NCBI RefSeq assembly: GCF_006345805.1
Contig: NW_021828866.1
Location: forward strand, 1 to 7,494
From: Octopus sinensis
Lineage: Eukaryota
Reading direction: 5' to 3'
DNA: 7,494 bases
The notes under the pieces are model-generated. The model was given only the letters and a program-made list of their open reading frames with translations, ran no database searches and was not told the DNA's origin. This document shows, piece after piece, positions 1 through 7,254 of the stretch (the first letter of the stretch is position 1; each line of letters starts with the position of its first letter). The position numbers and the translations under genes are program-made.

Positions 1-134
1 ACCTGAAGATCTCAATTAACCACAAAGACATTGGTTAAGACCACCAAGAGTTCCAGTAACTTGGGAGAGGAACGTAAACATGTAAACTGGGTGGGAATTC
101 TCCAAAGAATTTTCTGCATTTATTGTCTTTTCGT

Positions 135-304
135 AAGCGAATGCCTGTGGTTATGAAGCTCACTTTCTGACCACGTAGTTTCAGGTTCAGTCCCACTACA
201 CGGGACCTTAGGCAAGTATATTCTTATATAACCCTGGACAAACCCTAATACATGCATACATACGTACAAACATATAATATACAAGTATACGTATGTATGC
301 ATGC

Positions 305-337
<33 letters not shown>

Positions 338-572
338 TGTATGTATGTATGTATGTATGAGTGTGTCACTGTGTTTGTCCATCTTCTACCGCTTGGCAAT
401 CGGAGTTGGTTTGTTTGCGACCCTGTAGCGTAGCGGTTCGGCAAAACAGATCGATAGATTAAATATCGTACACACAATATTAGCACTAGTGTTGATTTGA
501 ACGGCTTGACCCTTAAAAGCGCTGCCCCAGATCAATGGACGCAGCTCAATTACTAAAACAAGTAAAAAGGAA
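135..572 (+). mobile_element. tRNA-derived CORE-type SINE (octopus OR-like), diverged, with internal microsatellite
   Basis: A-box-like TGCCTGTGG (142-150), B-box GGTTCAGTCCC (184-194), CORE-like CCTTAGGCAAGT (206-217), internal TATG tract, then a 3' body (GTGTTTGTCC...TAGCGGTTCGGCAAAA...CGATAGA) ending in an A-rich tail AAAACAAGTAAAAAGGAA (~555-572). The layout matches an abundant octopus SINE as I remember it; no database search was run and the ends are approximate. Confidence 0.78.
250..359. repeat. (TATG)n microsatellite inside the SINE
   Basis: 13 perfect TATG units at 308-359, preceded by degenerate CATA/TATG units from ~250. Confidence 0.97.
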
Positions 573-987
573 TCTCAAAGGCAGCTGATCTCGATTTCCT
601 AATTCCATCCCGAACAATTACAGAAGTCTTCTGGAAACGGTAAATCAATTCTTTACAATTATTTCAATTATTTGAATTCTTCCAACAAAAGGAAGATGGT
701 TTCAAACAAAGGATGGAAAGTTCCATCGCATGAATTTTGATAACAACAAGAACAAGTGGAAATGTTGAAAATTAGAAAAGCCTTGTATATTTTAATTGTT
801 CCCCTTACAGATCATTATTATTATTATCGAATGCATGTTAAACGGTCTATATCTGTACTTGAAAAATCCTATCTTTTCCAGATTTCATTTAAACATTTAC
901 TACACCATCAAATACACCAGCAGTTCCCAACCTGGGGTCCGCAAAACTAGTACTGGGGGTCCGTGAACTAAATTCAAAATTTCAGAT

Positions 988-1056
988 TATATATATATAC
1001 ATATATATATAATATATATATAATATATATATATATATATTATATATATATATATA
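988..1056. repeat. (TA)n microsatellite, interrupted
   Basis: TA run with a few single-base interruptions. Confidence 0.97.
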
Positions 1057-1184
1057 GTTGGAATTTACAAAAACTAAAAGACGAAGACAGGCGTGTAAAT
1101 AACAAACAGGGTTGTACTAGATTAACGCTCGGGAAGGTGAGAAAGTCTTTTATATTTCGAGCTACGCTCTTCAACAGAAAGGAA
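1057..1184 (-). mobile_element. Short interspersed repeat, copy A (Penelope-like terminal fragment with hammerhead-like motif)
   Basis: 1137-1184 is the reverse complement of 2150-2198 (about 46/49 identical), so it is a repeat. On the minus strand it reads CTTT CTGTTGAA GAGC GTA GCTC GAAA TATA AAAG, resembling the CTGACGAAG...GCTCGAAACGT motif of Penelope-like elements. Flanked by (TA)n on both sides. The family assignment is an inference. Confidence 0.6.
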
Positions 1185-1223
1185 ATATATGTATATGTAT
1201 ATACATACATATATATATATCTA

Positions 1224-1320
<97 letters not shown>
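1185..1320. repeat. (TA)n microsatellite
   Basis: About 38 uninterrupted TA units at 1231-1306 with degenerate flanks. Confidence 0.98.
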
Positions 1321-1446
1321 CTATAAAAATAGTCAATTTTTCAATTTGAAAACTCCACTAGAATGGACGAAAGCGCTAATATTTTTATATATGATATATG
1401 ACGTATAAAACAGTAATATACAAATATACAAATAAATATCTGTAAA

Positions 1447-1456
1447 TATATATATA

Positions 1457-1487
<31 letters not shown>

Positions 1488-1510
1488 TATATATATATAA
1501 TATATACATA
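1447..1510. repeat. (TA)n/(TG)n compound microsatellite
   Basis: TA run with a short TG insert at ~1459-1466. Confidence 0.95.
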
Positions 1511-1968
1511 AGTATAGGCATATTAAAAGGGGTCCGTGAGAAAACTTATTTAAATAAAAGAGTTGGTAACCACTGTTGGTAAACAATGTGAAACGGTTTG
1601 GAACCACTGAAACACACGAATATTTACGGTATATTATCAAGGCGAAAGATTTGCAGGTTTCGAACCCGTTGTCCATAAATGTTCTCCTTTTCGTTGATTC
1701 TAGAAAAGATGTTCGCGTCTGCAGAACAGCTGACCCCTATGGCTTTTCTGTTTCATAAAACTACGCACACTGTGACAGCACACCTTTGACACAAATCAGA
1801 TGAAGTGCCAGTTTAATGTCTAAAACCGCAGTCAACACGTGAATTTTCACTTCGAATGTTTGCGTAAAGTAGCGTTGCAAATAGAGCTGGCGCAGAAACA
1901 ATTGTAATGAACCATTAAAGGTGTGCTTAAGAATTTTCTTTGTTTTCTTCTTATCACTTGGTTATATA

Positions 1969-1976
1969 TGTGTGTG

Positions 1977-2019
<43 letters not shown>

Positions 2020-2079
2020 TGTGTGTGTATGTGCGTGTGTGTTGTGTGTATGTGTGTGTTTGTGTGTGCGCGTATGTGT
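1969..2079. repeat. (GT)n microsatellite
   Basis: 18 perfect GT units at 1981-2016 with degenerate flanks. Confidence 0.97.
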
Positions 2080-2198
2080 CCGGCATTCGCCATGATAGAT
2101 CGCTGGCCACTAAGCCTTTTTCTATTTTCTCTCTCTTTTTATTTCTGTGTTCCTTTCTGTTGAAGAGCGAAGGCTCGAAATGTAAAAGACTTTCTCAC
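2080..2198 (+). mobile_element. Short interspersed repeat, copy B (Penelope-like terminal fragment), cut off at the LINE junction
   Basis: 2150-2198 matches copy A. Similarity stops at TTTCTCAC (2198), where LINE endonuclease codons begin. The left boundary (~2080) is approximate, set by the end of the GT tract and by my recollection of the family. Confidence 0.6.
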
Positions 2199-2630
2199 TG
2201 GTCGTTCTTGACCTGACATTCAGTTGTGGCAAGACAATCAGGCTGGTCGCTATTTATGCACCCAACATTATGGGCCCGCAAAGTGAATATTTTCGTGACC
2301 TGGGCAAGTTCCTAGCCACATCGCATTCGCTAGTATTGTTTGGAGACTTTGACACAATATGTGCAGCACACATAGATTGTGTTGGCTCGAGCTCGAACAT
2401 GAACAGAAAATGTAACCCAGGCTTACGAGATCTGCTAAGTCAATTTCAGCTAGCAGATCCATATATGTTGGAACACCCGAACACTCCACAGTGTACGTGG
2501 TCAAATAGTGACGGGCCTTCCAGAACATAGGATTTTAATCAGAGAAACAGATAAGTCCATAGCCGAGTGTCCACAGTTTTTTCTAGTCAGCTACAGTGAC
2601 CACAAGATGGTTACCTGTAAACTGACGATA
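2198..2630 (+). other. APE-type endonuclease domain (C-terminal part only)
   Basis: IYAPN, GDFD (canonical GDFN), TW and SDH motifs. The expected YLD before RIL is missing at the 2528 frameshift. Confidence 0.88.
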
Positions 2631-3281
2631 GATAAGTTGCATAGTTAGGGATCTGCTACTGGAAACTCAATACGTCCCTTTTGGCGATTGAGGAGTACAG
2701 AAAGCAGATCAAGATGTTAATACAGAGGGCATTAACAGGTACCATCATTAATAATAAATGGTGGTACGCCCTAAAAAGAGCCATCAGATATGAATCTATT
2801 AGGTTTAGCATAACTTTAGTTAAGAAGGGACGTAGAATAGATGGTCTTCTAGGAACTAGAAGAAGCCTGGTGGACTGGTAATGCGAACAAAGCGAGGGTG
2901 AAAAGACTGGAGTTAAACCAGCATCTAGAAGCCCAACACATTGGAAGTATTGCCAGAGCTAAGTTACGTGCAATGGGAAGTGAAGGAATCAAAGCCGCTG
3001 GATGGGCCCGAGTGGTGGAAGCTCGGCAAGGAAATAGTTCCTCTATTCGGTCTTTGACGAATCAAAATGGTGTCTTGGTAAACGAACCCGAGAAAATGTG
3101 TCAGGCCTTTCGGGAGTACTTCGCCCAGCTGTTCGGGGGTGGCGGCAGTCCTGGTGGTGGGAGAGCCCTCGAGGACTTTCTTGCCGGGCTGCCGTGTCTC
3201 TCGGGGTCGGATGCGGAGTCTTGCGAAGGCCCAATCACGCCTGTGGAGGTGATGGAGGCTTTGGCCGATTGTAAAGCGAGT

Positions 3282-4154
3282 AAGTCGCCGGGACATGATG
3301 GTCTTCCGTACGAGCTGTATAAATGTATGCCAGACTTGTTCGGGCAACTACTGGCTGACGTATACACGAACTGGCAACAGAATGGGTTTATCCCCAGATC
3401 TGTGCGCCGGGGAGTAGTGACGTTGGTCAGAAAGGACCCGGACAAGAGGAATGTTATAGAGAATTTCAGGCCCATCACTCTGTTAAACGCAGAAGTGAAG
3501 GTTTTAGCAAAAAGGTTAGCGCGTGTCGCGAATGGTATAGTCGGGGAGGCACAGACATGTGCCATCCCAGGCAGAACCATTCAGGATACCCTCCATCTTA
3601 TTCGCTATACCATAGAGAGGGTTGGTAATAAATCTGTCAAAGGTGGGGCATTGGTACATTTTAGACCAGTCTAAAGCTTTTGATTGGGTTGACCATCTAT
3701 ACCTGGCAACTGTGCTTGCGCGGTTTGGCCTGGGTCTTGGCTTCCTCAGGTGGTTTATCGCTTTGTACCACAACATTGACTCGATAGTTTCCTTCCGAAG
3801 CCGTTCTGCATCAGACGCTCGGTTCGTCAAGGATGTCCGCTCTCACCACTTTTGTATGTAATGGCTCTCGAGCCATTACTGCCAAGATTGAGTGGCATCC
3901 CGAGAGAACCAGGACTAGAGGAGTTTGTTACGGCTTACGCGGATGATATCACTATCAGTGTAACCACAGTGGCACGCCTACGTGAAGTTGGTAAGACTAT
4001 TGAGGCTTACGAGGAGGTGGCAGGAGCAAAGATTAACCGGGAAAAGTCGGTCGGCTTGCAGCTCGGCACCTGGGTTGGCAAGTCGATGCCTTCAGACAGC
4101 GTTGTTAGGCGCTGGACGGAGGGACCGGTTAAGTTGCTGGGAGTTTGGTTTGGA
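3282..4154 (+). other. Non-LTR reverse transcriptase domain
   Basis: KSPGHDG, RPITLLN, KAFD, QGCPLSP, YADD, KIN..KS and LLGVWFG motifs in order, split by frameshifts at ~3660 and ~3789. Confidence 0.95.
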
Positions 4155-4885
4155 CCAGGCCTCCAGATAGAGAAGAACTGGACGGAGGTATTGAGCAGGG
4201 TGGTTGAAGTAGTCAAAACCTGGTCTTGGCGATGGCTATCCCTGAAAGGGAGGGCGGAGGTGGCCAATGTGTTTATCGCATCGGTCATTACCTACTGCCT
4301 GACCGTCGTGCCCTGTCCGGATTCGTGGTTGATCAGGTATGAGAGACAGCTCTTTCGCTTTTTGTGGAAGCGCAGGTCGCCACTTGTGAAACGCTCTGTC
4401 TGCTGTCAAAAGCCTTTAAAGGGAGGTTTAGGGACGCCTTGGTTAATGATGCGCAGATATGCGTTGAGGTTGAGGCACCTCTGGATTCTCCTGGATAGTG
4501 GACGAGTGTGGTCTCTGCTGGCCAGACAAATATTCCCCGAGTTCAAAACTTTTGCGAACAGGATGCCTGGTGTTCTCGTAGACCGAGGTCGAGTGAGTGG
4601 CACAAAGAATGCCGTAAGGCCCTCTTGCTATTCCGGCGCTCGAGCAACGCCAGCGGTGGGGGTTCCACACGGATTTTATATAGTGGGTTGGTAGAGTCTG
4701 AATGCGACGATGGCCTGGGGGTGACTCTAGGTCTCGGGTTTATTCAACTGGACAGCTTGTTTCACCGTACATTCGGGTTGAGAACGTTGGGCAACTTCCA
4801 AAATTCCTTAACCTGGCAATGCTACAGAGGTGCCTTGCCCGTTTGGGATAAGCTCGCAAGACACGGTAAGCGTCAGTCACCGACC

Positions 4886-4942
4886 TGTCCAAGATGCCGG
4901 GGTGGGGACAGAGAAACTGTCCCTCACGCTATTTTTCAGTGT
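4886..4942 (+). other. C-terminal CCHC zinc knuckle of ORF2
   Basis: CPRC-RGGDRETVP-H-AIFQ-C (CX2CX9HX4C), preceded by W..YRGALPV as in L1/Tx1 zf-RVT regions. Confidence 0.85.
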
Positions 4943-5689
4943 CCGGAGATAACTGAAATGTGGGCTTATGCTGAACACCTGTTGTCCGGCGAAGGAAGAG
5001 TACAGCTGTCGACTGAGTCAATTATAAAAATTGACCCACCGGGAGTTTTAACGAACGAACGTAAGAATTGTTTTCTCACGGTTGTAGCAATAGCAAAAGA
5101 GGCTGTATGGAAGACTAGGATAAAAGGAATTAAGACAGGCAACTTTATCTCTGGTCTCAATTTACGATCATTGTTTTTTTCTTTTCATTTGAAAAGGAAG
5201 CTGTCGCAGGAGAAGAGATGTCTGTCGGAGTGTACGTTCCAAAAGAGATGGAAGCATGTAGCACGAGTGTTGTGCGTGCAAAGAACCGTGTGAATAGACG
5301 GGAAAAAAAAAGAAGAAAATAAAGGTACCAGCGGTAGATCGGGGCTTGTGGGGTCGGAGCGTGGCCTGATCATCACTTCATTTGTATTGTTTTTTTATTG
5401 TTAATTCCATTCCATTTTTTTCTATTGTATTTAAATTTTTAAGGTCCCTTTATATGTAAAATCATATCACTTCGCTGATCCCGTCAGTTGTTCTGTCCAT
5501 TTCTCTGTGTGGAGAGTAAGAGCAACTATGTTAGAAAATGAACTTCATTTGGTCAGATCCGATTGAGAGTGTCTTGCTCAGATTATGAACATCTCAGCCG
5601 ACCCTCATAATAATAACAATTAGTATTATATACCTGCATTTGTTTTAATGTTAACATTGGAAAAATCCACATTTTCATAAAAATATTAG

Positions 5690-5735
5690 GACCTAGGTTT
5701 GCACCCCCTTAGCAAATTTTGTTGCTGGGCCACTG
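5690..5735 (-). mobile_element. Possible terminus of a hAT-like DNA transposon (orphan end)
   Basis: The minus strand begins CAGTGGCCCAGCAACAAAATTTGCTAAGGGGGTGC, resembling CAGTGG-type hAT ends with a GGGGG subterminal motif. No partner TIR or TSD seen. Confidence 0.3.
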
Positions 5736-5910
5736 TGTATGTATGTATGTATGTATGTATGTATGTATGTATGTATGTATGTATTTGTGGGATTGTATGT
5801 ATGTGTACTTGGTTGTTTTGATGTGTCTGTGTTTAACGTGTGGATGTGAGCGTACTGACTGCGCGTGCGTGCGTGCGTGCATGTATGTCAGTGTACGCGC
5901 GTGTATGTCA
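5736..5910. repeat. (TATG)n microsatellite with degenerate TG/GCGT extension
   Basis: 11 perfect TATG units at 5738-5781, then degenerate TATG/TGTG/GCGT units. Confidence 0.93.
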
Positions 5911-6101
5911 TGGACGGGGCGGAGAAACAAAGAGAAAAGAAGGACGAGAGGAGAATTGGCTTTATGGATTAACACAATGTATATATCGGGTTAGTTGAGA
6001 TTATGTAACGTTCATTGATGCCTTTCTTTTGGCTTGGATTACAGGCCACGCTTACTGCCGGGCACTATTCACGCATACAGGGTTGGTATAGGATAAGACA
6101 A

Positions 6102-7049
6102 ATACACACATCTTCATACAGATTTCACACACAAACACATACACACATACACACATTCACACACGTACACACACACACGCACACAAACACACTCACACGC
6201 ACTCGCGCGCACCTGAACAAATTCAGACACCTGTAAAGTTTGGACAAACTTTTTGATGTAGGCGCACGCGCACGCACACACATACACACACACACACATA
6301 CATACACACATACACACGCACTTCAAATCAGATACACAAGTTGATGCACTCGCACACATACACACACATATATGTGTGCACCAAACATACTTGCATATAC
6401 ACATCTGGCGCATACATACTACAATAATACAACCACGTACACAATACATACACATATATAGGACACTCATACACACACACACACATACATGAACCACACA
6501 TACACACAAATCTACACACACAGCATACCTGTAAAATGAAAACTCTACACACACACAATCTATCACACACGCATATCTTCGCATATACGCTCACACACAT
6601 ACACACAGACATAAATAGATACAGACAGACATACAGACTTACGTATATACATATACATACATGTTTATATATACATACACAGATATACACATACATATAT
6701 ACATCAATACAAACATACATATGCACGCATACATACATTTATTCATACATACATACACACACATACATACATTCATACATACATACATACATACACACAT
6801 ACATACATACATACATATATACATACATACATACACACACTCATACATACATATATACATACATACACACACACACAAATACATACATACATACATACAT
6901 ACATACATACATACATACATACATACATACATACATACATACATACATACACACACACACAAATACATACATACATACATACATACATACATACATACAT
7001 ACATACATACATACATACATACATACACACACACACATACATACATACA

Positions 7050-7083
<34 letters not shown>

Positions 7084-7254
7084 CATACATACATACATAT
7101 ATACATACATACACACACACACACATACATACATACATACATACATACATACATACATACATACATACATACATGCGTACATACATACATACATACATAC
7201 ATACATACATACATACATACATACATACATACATACATACATACATACACACAC
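6102..7254. repeat. Long compound (CA)n/(TACA)n simple-repeat array
   Basis: Degenerate CA/CATA units from ~6102 grade into nearly pure TACA runs at ~6880-7248, interrupted by short CA runs. Confidence 0.98.

Larger units (their letters stand above)
918..1609. mobile_element. Non-autonomous hAT (Charlie-like) DNA transposon / MITE
   Basis: Left TIR CAGCAGTTCCCAACC (918-932) versus the reverse complement of 1595-1609, CAGTGGTTCCAAACC (12/15). Flanking 8-mers AAATACAC (910-917) and AAACACAC (1610-1617) match 7/8, the TSD length typical of hAT. Subterminal GGGGTCCG motifs at 934-941, 956-963 and 1529-1536. No transposase ORF. Confidence 0.75.
2198..5293 (+). pseudogene. Disrupted ORF2 (APE endonuclease - reverse transcriptase - CCHC) of a Tx1/L1-clade LINE
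   Basis: Stitched reading: LVVLDLT..RLVAIYAPN, LFGDFD, CTWSN..SR, SYSDHK, YWKLNTSLL, KSPGHDGLPYELY, NFRPITLLN, LDQSKAFDWVDH, RQGCPLSPLLY (QGCPLSP 3828-3848), YADD (3936-3947), KINREKS, LSLKGRA, GGLG, CPRC..H..C; stop TGA 5291-5293. Frameshifts near 2528, 2655, 2855, 3660, 3789 and 4550; one in-frame TAG at 2646-2648. Confidence 0.95.
2198..5617 (+). mobile_element. 5'-truncated non-LTR retrotransposon (LINE), L1 superfamily, Tx1-like
   Basis: Colinear APE endonuclease, RT and CCHC motifs across several frames. The 5' end starts mid-endonuclease, so ORF1 and the promoter are absent. The 3' end is uncertain: either the A-tract/AATAAA at 5303-5323 or the ATAATAATAA at ~5608-5617. No TSD found. 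Confidence 0.85.

Noticed and set aside
3-40. CTGAAGA followed by a 7-bp hairpin (TTAACCA 16-22 / TGGTTAA 32-38), hammerhead-like at first sight
   Set aside because: No GAAA after the stem, wrong spacing from the core, and it sits at the window edge.
135-220. Possible tRNA gene
   Set aside because: A/B boxes are present but no cloverleaf can be folded, and it continues into CORE/SINE body sequence, so it is a SINE head.
581-639. Possible exon AAG|GCAGCT...AAACG|GTAAAT encoding AADLDFLIPSRTITEVFWK
   Set aside because: No polypyrimidine tract (the upstream sequence is the A-rich SINE tail), peptide not recognised, and such short open frames arise by chance.
678-727. Two short hairpins (TCTTCC/GGAAGA and GATGGAA/TTCCATC)
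   Set aside because: Stems of 6-7 bp are expected by chance, and the second has an implausible 2-nt loop; no supporting context.
1040-2216. ORFs rich in YI, CV or TH dipeptides
   Set aside because: Artefacts of the (TA)n and (GT)n tracts.
2964-5376. Antisense and alternative-frame ORFs over the LINE (e.g. 3101-3580, 2964-3347, 3516-3830)
   Set aside because: Shadow ORFs of GC-rich ORF2 sequence with no recognisable motifs.
5505-5530. Faint likeness to U5 snRNA (GTGGAGAG...CAACT), relevant because some Tx1 elements target snRNA genes
   Set aside because: Only two short patches match; the conserved U5 loop I and Sm site are absent.
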